This document shows, in pieces, positions 43,001 to 56,200 of a stretch of 64,000 nucleotides of DNA. Under the pieces are notes generated by a model. It did not search any database. It saw nothing but the letters and a program-made list of their open reading frames with translations, and was not told the DNA's origin. The position numbers were made by a program, and so were the translations under genes. How positions within the stretch are numbered: position 1 is the stretch's first letter; every line of letters begins with the position of its first letter. The DNA comes from the human T2T-CHM13v2.0 reference genome, Homo sapiens. Location of the stretch: the NCBI RefSeq assembly GCF_009914755.1, contig NC_060933.1; one strand, 5' to 3'.

Positions 43001-46000
43001 GGAATCAACCCGAGAGGAATGGCATGGAATGGAATGGAATGGAATGGAGTGGAATGGTACAGAATAGAATGTAATGGAACGAAATGGAATGGAATGGAAT
43101 GGAATGGAATGGAATCATTCCGAGTGGAATAGAAGGGAATGTTTTCGAGTGGAATGAAAAGGAATGGAATCAACCAGAGTGGAATGGAATGGAATCGAGT
43201 GGAATGGAATGCAATCGAATGGAATGGAAAGGAATAGAATGGAATCAACCCGAGTGGAATGGAATGGAAAGGACTGGAATGGAATGGAATGGAATGCAAT
43301 GGAATCAACTCGATTGCAATGAAATGGAATGGAATGGAATGGAATGGAATGGAATGGAATGGAATGGAATTAACCGGAATAGAATGGAATTGAATGGAAT
43401 GGAAAGGAATGGAATGGAATAGAATGGAATGGAATGGATTCAACTCGAATGGAATGGAAAGGAATGGAATCAACCCGAGTGGAATGGCATGGAATGGAAT
43501 GGAATGGAATGGAATGGAATGGAATTAACCCTAATAGAATGGAATGGAATGGAATGGAATGGAATGGAATGGAATGGAATGGAATGGAATGGAAGGAAAT
43601 GGAATGGAATGGAATGGAATGGAATGGAATGGAATGGAAGGAAATGGAATGGAATGGAATGGAATGGAATGGAATGGTATGGAATAGAATGGAATGGAAC
43701 GAAATGGAATGGAATGGAATGGAATGGAATGGAATGGAATGGAATGAAATCAACCCGAGTGCAGGGGAATGGAATGGAATGGAAGGCAATGGAATGAAAT
43801 CATTCGGAATTGAATGGAATGGAATGGAATGGAATGGAATGGAATCAACTCGATTGAAATGGAATGGAATGGAATGGAATGGAATGGAATGGAATGGAAT
43901 GGAATGGAAGTGAATGGAATGGAATGTAATGAAACCGAGTGCAGGGGAATGGAATGGAATGGAATGCAATGGAATGGAGTCATCCGGAATGGAACGGAAT
44001 GGAATGGAATGGAATCAACCCGAGTGCAATGGAATGGAATGGAATGGAAAGGAATGGAATGGAATGGATTCAACCCGAATGGAATGGAAAGGAATGGAAT
44101 CAACCCGAGAGGAATGGCATGGAATGGAATGGAATGGAATGGAGTGGAATGGTACGGAATAGAATGTAATGGAACGAAACGGAATGGAATGGAATGGAAT
44201 GGAATGGAATGGAATCATTCCGAGTGGAATAGAAGGGAATGTTTTCGAGTGGAATGAAAAGGAATGGTATCAACCAGAGTGGAATGGAATGGAATCGAAT
44301 GGAATGGAAAGGAATAGAATGCAATCAACCCGAGTGGAATGGAATGGAAAGGACTGGAATGGAATGGAATGGAATGCAATGGAATCAACTCGATTGCAAT
44401 GAAATGCAATGGAATGGAATGGAATGGAATGGAATGGAATGGAATGGAATGGAATAGAATGGAAAGGAATCACCCCAAGTGCAGGGGAATTTAATGGAAT
44501 GGAATGCAGTGGAATGGAATCATCCGGAATGGAATGGAATGGAATGGAATGGAACAGAATGGAATGGAATCAACTCGATTTCAATGGAATGGAAAGGAAT
44601 GGAATGGAATGGAATGCAATGGAATCGTACGGAATAGAATGGAATGGAACGAAATGGAATGTAATGGAATGGAATGGAATGGAATGGAATGGAATGGAAC
44701 GGAATGGAATGGAATGAACCCGCGTGCAATGGAATGGAACGGAATGGAATGGAATGGAATGGAATGGAATGGAATGGGTTCAACTCGAATGGAATGGAAA
44801 GGAATGGAATCAACACGAGTGGAATGGCATGGAATGGAATGGAATGGAATGGAATGGAATGGAATTAACCCTAATAGAATGGAATGGAATGGAATGGAAT
44901 GGAATGGAATGGAATGGAAGGAAATGGAATGGAATGGAATGGAATGGAATGGAATGGAAGGAAATGGAATGGAATGGAATGGAATGGAATGGAAGGAAAT
45001 GGAATGGAATGGAATGGAATGGAATGGAATGGTATGGAATAGAATGGAATGGAACGAAATGGAATGGAATGGAATGGAATGGAATGGAATGGAATGGAAT
45101 GGAATGAAATCAACCCGAGTGCAGGGGAATGGAATGGAATGGAAGGCAATGGAATGAAATCATTCGGAATTGAATGGAAAGGAATGGAATGGAATGGAAT
45201 GGAATCAACTCGATTGAAATGGAATGGAATGGAATGGAATGGAATGGAATGGAAGTGAATGGAATGGAATGTAATGAAACCGAGTGCAGGGGAATGGAAC
45301 GGAATGGAATTCAATGGAATGGAGTCATCCGGAATGGAACGGAATGGAATGGAATGGAATCAACCCGAGTGCAATGGAATGGAATGGAATGGAAAGGAAT
45401 GGAATGGAATGGATTCAACCCGAATGGAATGGAAAGGAATGGAATCAACCCGAGAGGAATGGCATGGAATGGAATGGAATGGAATGGAGTGGAATGGTAC
45501 GGAATAGAATGTAATGGAACGAAACGGAATGGAATGGAATGGAATGGAATGGAATGGAATGGAATGGAATCATTCCGAGTGGAATAGAAGGGAATGTTTT
45601 CGAGTGGAATGAAAAGGAATGGTATCAACCAGAGTGGAATGGAATGGAATCGAATGGAATGGAAAGGAATAGAATGGAATCAACCCGAGTGGAATGGAAA
45701 GGAAAGGACTGGAATGGAATGGAATGGAATGCAATGGAATCAACTCGATTGCAATGAAATGGAATGGAATGGAATGGAATGGAATGGAATGGAATGGAAT
45801 GGAATGGAATAGAATGGAAAGGAATCACCCCAAGTGCAGGGGAATTTAATGGAATGGGAATGCAGTGGAATGGAATCATCCGGAATGGAATGGAATGGAA
45901 TGGAATGGAACAGAATGGAATGGAATCAACTCGATTTCAATGGAATGGAAAGGAATGGAATGGAAAGGAATGCAATGGAATCGTACGGAATAGAATGGAA

Positions 46001-47350
46001 TGGAACGAAATGGAATGTAATGGAATGGAATGGAATGGAATGGAATGGAATGGAATGGAACGGAATGGAATGGAATGAACCCGCGTGCAATGGAATGGAA
46101 CGGAATGGAATGGAATGGAATGGAATGGAATGGAATGGGTTCAACTCGAATGGAATGGAAAGGAATGGAATCAACACGAGTGGAATGGCATGGAATGGAA
46201 TGGAATTGAATGAAATGGAATGGAATGGAATGGAATGAAATGTAATGGAATGGAAAGGAATGGAATCAACACGAGTGGAATGGCATGGAATGGAATGGAA
46301 TTGAATGAAATGGAATGGAATGGAATGGAATGAAATGTAATGGAATGGAATGGAATGGAATCAACCCGGGTGCAATGTAATGGAATAGAATGGAATGGAA
46401 TGGAATGGAATGGATTCAACCCGAATGGAATTAAAAGGAATGGAATATACCCGAGTGGAATGGCATGGAATGGAGTGGAATGGAATGGAATGGAATGGAA
46501 TGGAATGGTACGGAATAGAATGGAATGTAACGAAATGGAATGTAAGGGAATGGAATGGAATGGAATGGAATGAACCCGTGTGCAATGGAATGGAATGGAA
46601 TGGAATGGAATGGATTCAACTCTAATGGAATGGAAGGGAATGGAATCAACGCGAGTGGAATGGCATGGAATGGAATGGAATGGAATGGAATGGAAGTAAA
46701 TGGAATGGAATGGAATGAACCCGAGTGCAGGGGAATGGAATGGAATGGAATGGAATGGAATGGAATGGAATGGAATGGAATGCAGTGGAATGGAATCAAA
46801 CCTAGTGCAATTGAATGGAATGGAATGGAATGGAATGGAATGGAATGGAATGGAATGGATTCAACCCAAATGGAATGGAAAGCAATGGAATCAACCCGAG
46901 TGGAATGGCATGGAATGGAATGGAATGGAATGGAATGGAATGGAATGGAATGGTACTGAATAAAATGGAATGGAACGAAATGGAATGGAATGGAATGGAA
47001 TGGAACGGAATGGAATGGAATCATTCCGAGTGGAATAGAAGGGAATGAATTCGAGTGGAATGGAAAGGAATGGAATCAACCAGAGTGGAATGGAAGGGAA
47101 TGGAATGGAATGGAAACTAATAAAAAGGAATCAACACGAGTGGAATGGAAAGGAAAGGACTTGAATGGAATGGAATGGAATGGAATGGAATCAAGTCGAT
47201 TGCAATGGAATGTAATGGAATGGAGTGGAATGGAATTAACGCGAATAGAATGGAATGGAATGGAATGGAATGGAATGGAATGGAATGGAATCAACCTGAG
47301 TGCAGGGGAATGGAATGCAATGGAATGCAATGGAATGCAATGGAATGGAA
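34050..47350 (+). repeat. Type-A HSat3 domain, mosaic of copies of upstream blocks
   Basis: 34.1-37.9 kb follows 7.75-11.5 kb; 38.16-44.3 kb follows 0.18-6.1 kb; 45.2 kb onward follows 18.0 kb onward. Based on shared rare variants in the same order. Confidence 0.8.
38162..44330 (+). repeat. Direct duplicate of ~181-6140 (offset ~38.0 kb)
   Basis: Collinear rare variants: CGAGGGCAGG 211/38192, CAATCAACCC 1441/39437, GCAATATAAT 2625/40636, CAACACTAAT 2890/40916, GGACTAAACC 3090/41126, AAACCACACG 4137/42143, GGACTCAACC 4925/42971. Confidence 0.9.
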
Positions 47351-48400
47351 TGGAATGGAATGGAATCAACGCGAGTGCAGGGGAATGGAATGTAATGGAA
47401 TGAAATGGAATGGAATCTTCTGGAATGGAATGGAATGGAATGGAATCAACCCGAGTGCAATGGAATGGAGTGGAATGGAATGGAATGGAATGGAATGGAA
47501 CAACCCGAATAGAATCGAATGTAATGGAGAGTAAGGGAGTTGAATAGAATCAATCCGAATGTAATGGAATGGAATGGAACGGAATGGAATTGAATGGTGT
47601 GGAATGGAATGCAATGGAATGGAATCAACCTGAGTGCAATGGAATGGAGAGGAATGGAATGGAAACTACCCGAATGGAATGGAATGTAATGGAGTGTAAG
47701 GGAATTGAATAGAATCAATACGAATGTAATGGAATGGAATGGAACGGAATGGAATGGAATGGAATGGAACGGAATGGAATGGAATACAATGGAATGGAAT
47801 CAACCCGAGTGCAATCGAATGGAATCGAATGTAATGGAATGCAATGGAATGGATTCAACTTGAATGGAATGGAAAGAATGGAATCAATACGAGTGGAATG
47901 GCATGGATTGGAATGGAATGGAATGGAATCAACCCAAGTACAGGGGAATGGAATGGAATGGAATGCAATGGAATGGAATCATCCGTAATGTAATGGAAAG
48001 CAATGGAAAGGAATGGAATGGAATGGAATGGAATGGAATGGAATCAACTCGATTGAAATCGAATGGAATGGAATGGAATTAACCCAAATAGAATGGAATG
48101 GAATGGAATGGAATGGAACGGAAAGGAATGGAATGGAATGGAATGGAATAGAATGGAATGGAACGGAACGGAACGGAACGGAATGGAATGGAATGGAATG
48201 GAATGGAATGGAATGGAATGGAATCAACGCGATTGCAGGGGAATGGAATGGAATGGAATGCAATGGAATGGAATCTTCCGGAATGGAATGGAATGGAATG
48301 GAATGGCATGAAATGCAATGGATTCAACTCGATTGCAATGGAATGGAATAGAATGGAATGGAATGGAATGGAATGGAATTAACCCGAATAGAATGGAATG
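45200..48400 (+). repeat. Direct duplicate of ~18000-21200 (offset ~27.2 kb), spanning an A-to-B transition
   Basis: Collinear markers: TTAAAAGGAATGGAATATACCC ~19253/46431, CCTAGTGCAATTG 19623/46801, CAAGTCGATT 20009/47192, CTTCTGG 20229/47417, AGAATCGAATGTAATGGAGAG ~20323/47511. Confidence 0.85.
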
Positions 48401-49079
48401 GAATGGAATGGAACGGAATGCAACGGAATGGAATGGAATGGAATGGAATGGAATGGTATGGAATGGAATGGAATGGAATCAACACGAGTGCAATGGAAGG
48501 GAGTGGAATGGAATGGAATGGAATGGAACAACCCGAATGGAATGGAATGGAATGTAGAGTAAGAGAGTTGAATAGAATCAGTCCGAATGTAATGGAATGG
48601 AATGCAACGGAATGGAATGGAATGGAATGGAATGGAATGCAATAGAATGGAATCAACCCGAGTACAATGGAATGGAATGGAATGGAATGGAATGGAATAG
48701 AATGGAACGGAATTGAATGGAATGGAATGCCTTCAAACCGAATGGAATGGAAAGGAATTGAATCAACAAGAGTGGAATGGAATGCAATGGAATGGAAAGG
48801 AATGGAATGGAATGGAATGGTACGGAATAGAATGGAATGGAAGGAAATGGAATGGAATGGAATGGAATGGAATGGAATGGAATGGAATGGAATGGAATCG
48901 TTCCAAGTGGAATAGGAGGGAATGTATTAGAGTGGAATGGAAAGGAATGGAATCAACCAGAGTGGAATGGAAGGGAATGGAATGGAATGGAAACTAATAG
49001 AATGGAATCAACCCGAGTGGAATGGCATGCAAAGGACTGGAATGGAATGGAATGGAATGGAATGGAATGGAATGCAATG

Positions 49080-49940
49080 GAATGGAGTCATCCGGAATGG
49101 AACGGAAAGGAACGGAATGGAACCAACCCGTGTGCAATGGAATGGAAAGGAATGGAATGTAATGGAATGGAATGGAATGCATTCAACCCGAATGGAATGG
49201 AAAGGAAGGGAATCAACCCAAGTGGAATGGCATGGAATGGAATGGATTGGAATGGAATGGAATGGAATGGTACCGAATAGAATGGAATGGAAGGAAATGG
49301 AATAGAATGGAATGGAATGGAATGCAATCAACCCGAGTGCAATGGAATGGAGTGGAATGGATTGGAATGGAATGGAAACAAGCTGAATGGAATGGAATGA
49401 AATGGAGTGTAAGGGAATTGAATACAATCAATCCGAATGTAATGGAATGGAATGGAATGGAACGGAATGGAATGGAATGGAATGGAATGGAATGCAGTGG
49501 AATGGAATCAAACCTAGTGCAATGGAATAGAATGGAATGGAATGGAATGGAATGGAATGGAATGGAATGGATTCAACCCAAATGGAATGGAAAGCCATGG
49601 AATCAACCCGAGTGGAATGGCATGGAATGGAATGGAATGGAATGGTACGGAATAGAATGCAATGGAACGAAATGGAATGGAATGGAATGGAATGGAATGG
49701 AATGGAATGGAATGCAATCATTCCGAGTGGAATAGAAGGGAATGAATTCGAGTGGAATGGAAAGGAATGGAATCAACCAGAGTGGAATGGAAGGGAAAGG
49801 AATGGAATGGAAACTAATAAAATGGAATCAAAACGAGTGGAATGGAATGGAAAGGACTTGAATGGAATGGAATGGAATGGAATGGAATGGAATGGAATGG
49901 AATCAACTCGATTGCTATGGAATGTAAGGGAATGGAATGG
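49080..49940 (+). repeat. Direct duplicate of ~15465-16330 (type-A segment within type B)
   Basis: Markers GGAAAGGAACGGAATGGAACCAACCC, GGAAAGCCATGG 15980/49589, GCAATCATTCC and CGATTGCTAT 16310/49909. Confidence 0.85.
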
Positions 49941-49949
49941 AATGGAATT

Positions 49950-52750
49950 AACCCGAATAGAATGGAATGGAATGGAATGTAATGGAGAGTAAGGGATTTG
50001 AATAGAATCAATCCGAATGTAATGGAATGGAATGCAACGGAATGGAATGGAATGGAATGGAATGGAATGCAATGGAATGGAATCAACCCGAGTACAATGG
50101 AATGGAATGGAATAGAATGGAATGGAATGCCTTCAAACCGAATGGAATGGAAAGGAATGGAATCAACACGAGTGGAATAGAATGGAATGGAATGGAATGG
50201 AATGGAATGGAATGGAATGATACGGAATAGAATGGAATGGAACGAAATGGAATGGAATGGAATGGAATGGAATGGAATCGTTCCGAGTGGAATAGGAGGG
50301 AATGTATTCGAGTGGAATGGAAAGGAATGGAATCAACCAGAGTGGAATGGAAGGGAATGGAATGGAATGGAAACTAATAGAATGGAATCAACCCGAGTGG
50401 AATGGAATGGAAAGGACTGGAATGGAATGGAATGGAATGGAATGGAATGGAATCAACTCGATTGGAATGGAATGGAATGGAATGGAATGGAATGGAATGG
50501 AATTAACCCGAATACAATGGAATGGAATGGAATGGAACGGAATGGAGTGGAATGGAATGGAATCAACCCGAGTACAGGGGAATGGAATGGAATAGAATGC
50601 AATGGAATGGAATCATCCGGAATGGAATGGAATGGAATGGAATTCAAAGCAATGGAATCAACTCGATTGCAATGGAATGGAATGGAATGGAAAGGAATAT
50701 ATTGGAATCAACCCGAGTGGAATGGAATGGAAAGGACTGGAATGGAGTGGAATGGAATGGAATGGAATGGAATGGAATCAACTCGATTGGAATGGAATGG
50801 AATGGAATGGAATGGAATGGAATTAACCCGAATAGAATGAAATGGAATGGAATGGAACGGAATGGAATGGAATGGAATGGAATGGAATGGAATGGAATGG
50901 AATCAACCCGACTGCAGGGGAATGGAATTGAAGGGAATGCAATGGAATGGATTCAACTTGAATGGAATGGAAAGAATGTAATCAACACGAGTGGAATGGC
51001 ATGGATTGGAATGGAATGGAATGGAATCAACCCGAGTACAGGGGAATGGAATGGAATGGAATGGAATGCAATGGAATGGAATCATCCGTAATGGAATGGA
51101 AAGGAATGGAATGGAATGGAATGGAATGGAATGGAATGGAATGGAATCAACTCGATTGCAATCGAATGGAATGGAATGGAATTAACCCGAATAGAATGGA
51201 ATGGAATGGAATGGAACGGAACGGAATGGAATGGAATGGAATGGAATGGAATGGAACGGAAAGGAATGGAATGGAATGGAATGGAATGGAATGGAATGGA
51301 ATGGAATGGAATCAACGCGAGTGCAGGGGAATGGAATGGAATGGAATGCAATGGAATGGAATCTTCCGGAATGGAATGGAATGGAATGGAATGGAATGGA
51401 ATAAACCTGAGTGCAATGGAATGGAGTGGAATGGAATGGAATGGAATGGAACAAGCCGAATGCAATGGAATGTAATGGAGAGTAAGGGAGTTGAATAGAG
51501 TCAATCCGAATGTAATGGAATGGAATGGAACGGAATGGAATGGAATGGAATGCAATGGAATGGAATCAACCCGAGTGCAATGGAATGAAGAGGAATGGAA
51601 TGGAATGGAATGGAAACTACCCGAATGGAATGGAATGTAATGGAGTGTAAGGGAATTGAATAGAATCAATCCGAATGTAATGGAATGGAATGGAACGCAA
51701 TGGAATGGAATGGAATGGAATGGAATGGAATGCAATGGAATGGAATCAACCCGAGTGCAATCGAATGGAATCGAATGGAATGGAATGCAATGGAATAGAT
51801 TCAACTTGAATGGAATGGAAAGAATGGAATCAACACGAGTGGAAGGGCATGGATTGGAATGCAAAGGAATGGAATCAACCCGAGGACAGAGGAATGGAAT
51901 GGAATGGAATGCAATGGAATGGAATCATCCGTAATGGAATGGAAAGGAATAGAATGGAATGGAATGGAATGGAATGGAATGGAATCAACACGATTGCAAT
52001 CGAATGGAATGGTGTGGAATTAACCCGAATAGAATGGAATCGAATGGAATGGAACGGAACGGAATGGAATGGAAGGGAATGGAATGGAATGGAACGGAAC
52101 GGAACGGAATGGAATGGAATGGAATGGAATGGAATGGAATGGAATCAAAGCGAGTGCAGGGGAATGGCATGGAATGGAATGCAATGGCATGGAATCTTCC
52201 GGAATGGAATGGAATGGACTGGAATGAAATGCAATGGATTCAACTCGGTTGCAATGGAATGGAATAGAATGGAATGGAATGGAATGGAATGGGATTAACC
52301 CGAATAGAATGGAATTGAATGGAATGGAACGGAATGGAACGGAATGGAATGGAATGGAATGGAATGGAATGGAATGGAATGGTATGGAATGGAATGGAAT
52401 GGTATGGAATAGAATGGAATGGAACGAATTGTAATGGAATGGAATTGAATGGAAAGGAATGGAATGGAATGGAATCATCGCGAGTGCAGGGGAATGTAAT
52501 GGAACGGAATGCAATGGAATGGAATCATCCGGAATGGAATGGAATGGAATGGAATGGAATGGAATGGAATCAACCCGAGTGCAATGGAATGGAGTGGAAT
52601 GGAATGGAATGGAATGGAACAATCCGAATGGAATGGAATGTAATTGAGAGTAAGGGAGTTGAATAGAATCAATCCGAATGTAATGGAATGGAATGGAACG
52701 GAATGGAATGGAATGGAATGGAATGGAATGGAATGGAATGGAATGCAAAG
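49950..52750 (+). repeat. Type-B domain, diverged paralogue of ~21490-24500
   Basis: Same motif order as 21.5-24.5 kb: GCCTT(C/T)AAACCG, GATACGGAATAG 21761/50219, CGTTCCGAGTGGAATAGGAGGG, GACTGCAGGGG, CAACTTGAAT. Confidence 0.7.
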
Positions 52751-53230
52751 GAATGGAATCAACCCGAGTGGAATGGCATGGAATGGAATGCAACGGATTG
52801 GAATGGAATGGAATCAACTCGAGTGGAAAGGAATGGAATGGAATGGAAAGGAATGGAATGAAGTCAACTCGAGTGGAATGGAATGGAATGGAATGGATTG
52901 GAATGGATTGCAATGGAATGAAATGGAATGGAATGGAATGGAATCAATCATGGAAGGGAATGTAATGGAGTGGAAAGAAGGGAATGGAATCAACCCGAGT
53001 GGAATGCAAGGCAATGGAATGGAATGGAAAGGAATGGAATGGAATCAACTCGATTGCAATGGAATGGAATGGAATGGAATGGAATTAACCGGAATAGAAT
53101 GGAATGGAATGGAATGGAACGGAATGGAATGGAATGGAAGGGAATGGAATCAACACGAGTGCAGGGGAATGGAATGGAATGGAATGCAATGGAATGGAAT
53201 CATCCGGAATGGAATGGAATGGAATGGAAT

Positions 53231-53245
53231 AAACCCATTCCGTTC
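53231..53245. other. Inversion breakpoint inside the satellite array
   Basis: ...GGAATGGAAT AAACCC ATTCC GTTCC ATTGT ACTCG GGTTG... The forward motif AAACCC(GAGT) is truncated and fused to reverse-orientation (TT)CCATTCC. CC at 53235-53236 is shared by both arms. Confidence 0.95.
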
Positions 53246-56200
53246 CATTGTACTCGGGTTGATTCCATTCCATTGCATTCCATTCCATTCCATTCCATTC
53301 CATTCCATTCCATTCCATTCCGTTTCATTCCATTACATTCGGATTGATTCTATTCAACTCCCTTACTCTCCATTACATTCCATTCCATTCGGGTTGTTCC
53401 ATTCCATTCCATTCCATTCCACTCCATTCCATTGCACTCGGGTTGATTCCATTCCATTCCATTCCATTCCATTCGATTCCATTCCATTCCAATTCTTTCC
53501 GTTCCATTCTATTCCGTACCATGCCATTCCATTCCATACAATTCCATTCCATTCCATTCCACTCCGTTCCTTTCCGTTCCGTTCCGTTCCATTCCATGCC
53601 ATTCCATTCTATTCGGGTTAATTCCATTCCATTCCATTCGATTGCAATCGAGTTGATTCCATTCCATTCCATTCCATTCCATTCCATTCCATTCCATTCC
53701 TTTCCATTCCATTACGGATGATTCCATTCCATTGCATTCCATTCCATTCCATTCCTCTGTACTCGGGTTGATTCCATTCCATTCCATTCCAATCCATGCC
53801 ATTCCACTCGTGTTGATTCCATTCTTTCCATTCCATTCAAGTTGAATCCATTCCATTGCCTTCCATTCCATTCCATTCCACTGCAGTCGGGTTGATTCCA
53901 TTGCATTCCATTCCATTCCATTCCATTCCATTTCGTTCCGTTCCATTCCATTCCATTCCATTCTATTCGGGTTAATTCCATTCCATTCCATTCCATTCCA
54001 ATCGAGTTGATTCCATTCCATTCCATTCCATTCCATTCCACTCCATTCCAGTCCTTTCCATTCCATTCTACTCGGGTTGATTCCAATGTATTCCTTTCCA
54101 TTCCATTCCATTCCATTGCAATCGAGTTGATTCCATTGCTTTGCATTCCATTCCATTCCATTCCATTCCGGATGATTCCATTCCATTGCATTCCATTCCA
54201 TTCCATTCCCCTGCACTCGGGTTGATTCCATTCCATTCCATTCCATTCCATTCCATTCCATTCCATTCCATTCCATTCCATTTCTTTCCATTCCATTCTA
54301 TTCCGTATCATTCCATTCCATTCCATTCCATTCCATTCCATTCCATTCCATTCCATTGTACTCCGGTTGATTCAATTCCATTGCATTCCATTCCATTCCA
54401 TTCCATTCCATTCCGTTGCATTCCATTCCATTACATTCGGATTGATTCTATTCAACTCCCTTACTCTCCATTACATTCCACTCCATTCTGGTTGTTCCAT
54501 TCCATTCCATTCCATTCCACTCCATTCCATTGCACTCGGGTTGATTCCATTCCATTCCATTCCATTCCATTCCATTCCATTCCATTCCATTCCGGATGAT
54601 TCCATTCCATTGCATTCCTTTCCATTACATTCCCCTGCACTCGCGTTGATTCCATTCCATTCCATTCCATTCCATTCACTTCCATTCCATTACAATTCGT
54701 TCCATTCCATTCTATTCCGTACCATTCCATTCCATTCCATACAATTCCATTCCATTCCATTCCATTCCATTTCGTTCCATTCCGTTCCATTGCATTCCAT
54801 TCCATTCTATTCGGAATAATTCCATTCCATTCCATTCCATTCCATTCTATTCCATTCCATTGCAATCGAGTTGAATCCATTGCATTTCATTCCATTCCAT
54901 TCCATTCCATTCCATTCCGGAAGATTCCATTCCATTGCATTCCATTCCATTCCATTCCCCTGCACTCGCATTGATTCCATTCCATTCCATTCTATTCCAT
55001 TCCGTTCCGTTCCTTTCCATTCCATTCCATTCCATTCCATTCCATTCCATTCCATTCCTTTCCATTCCATTCCGGAAGATTCCATTCCATTGCATTCCAT
55101 TCCATTCCATTCCCCTGCACTCGCATTGATTCCATTCCATTCCATTCTATTCCATTCCGTTCCGTTCCGTTGCATTCCATTCCATTCCATTCCATTCCAT
55201 TCCATTCCATTCCGTTCCATTCCATTCCATTCCATTCTATTCGGGTTAATTCCATTCCATTCCATTCGATTGCAATCGAGTTGATTCCATTCCATTCCAT
55301 TCCATTCCATTCCATTCCTTTCCATTCCATTACGGTTGATTCCATTCCATTGCATTCCATTCCATTCCATTCCCCTGTACTCGGGTTGATTCCATTCCAT
55401 TCCATTCCAATCCATGCCATTCCACTCGTGTTGATTCCATTCTTTCCATTCCATTCAAGTTGAATCCATTCCATTGCATTCCATTCCATTCGATTCCATT
55501 TTATTGCACTCGGGTTGATTCCATTCCATTGCATTCCATTCCATTCCATTCCATTCCATTCCATTCCGTTGCATTCCATTCCATTACATTCGGATTGATT
55601 CTATTCAATTCCCTTACACTCCATTACATTCCATTCGGGTAGTTTCCATTGCATTCCATTCCATTCCTCTCCATTCCATTGCACTCGGGTTGATTCCATT
55701 CCATTGCATTCCATTCCATTCCATTCAATTCCATTCCGTTCCATTCCATTCCATTACATTCGGATTGATTCTATTCAACTCCCTTACTCTCCATTACATT
55801 CCATTCCATTCGGGTTGTTCCATTCCATTCCATTCCATTCCACTCCATTCCATTGCACTCGGGTTGATTCCATTCCATTCCATTCCATTCCATTCCATTC
55901 CATTCCGGAAGATTCCATTCCATTGCATTCCATTCCATTCCATTCCCCTGCACTCGCGTTGATTCCATTCCATTCCATTCTATTCCCTTCCATTCCCTTC
56001 CTTTCCGTTCCATTCCTTTCCATTCCATTCCATTCCATTCCGTTCCGTTCCATTCCATTCCATTCCATTCTATTCGGGTTAATTCCATTCCATTCCATTC
56101 GATTGCAATCGAGTTGATTCCATTCCATTCCATTCCATTCCATTCCTTTCCATTCCATTACGGATGATTCCATTCCATTGCATTCCATTCCATTCCATTC

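Larger units (their letters stand above)
1..53236 (+). repeat. Satellite III (HSat3) array, GGAAT strand on +
   Basis: Continuous (GGAAT)n with recurrent interruptions such as CAACCCGAGT, CAACTCGATT, GGTACGGAATAG, CATCCGG and GCAGGGG. This is the classical satellite III signature. No unique sequence seen. Confidence 0.97.

Noticed and set aside
1-53230. CRISPR-like array (CAACCCGAGT 'repeats' with spacers)
   Set aside because: The intervening DNA is the GGAAT repeat itself, spacing is irregular, and there are no unique spacers, leader or cas genes.
1-53230. Canonical G-quadruplexes at GCAGGGG
   Set aside because: Tracts of three or more G are isolated and far apart; no four-tract clusters seen.
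53200-53300. Transposon insertion or terminal inverted repeats at the strand switch
   Set aside because: No non-satellite bases, poly-A or target-site duplication. No Alu or L1 seen anywhere in the window.
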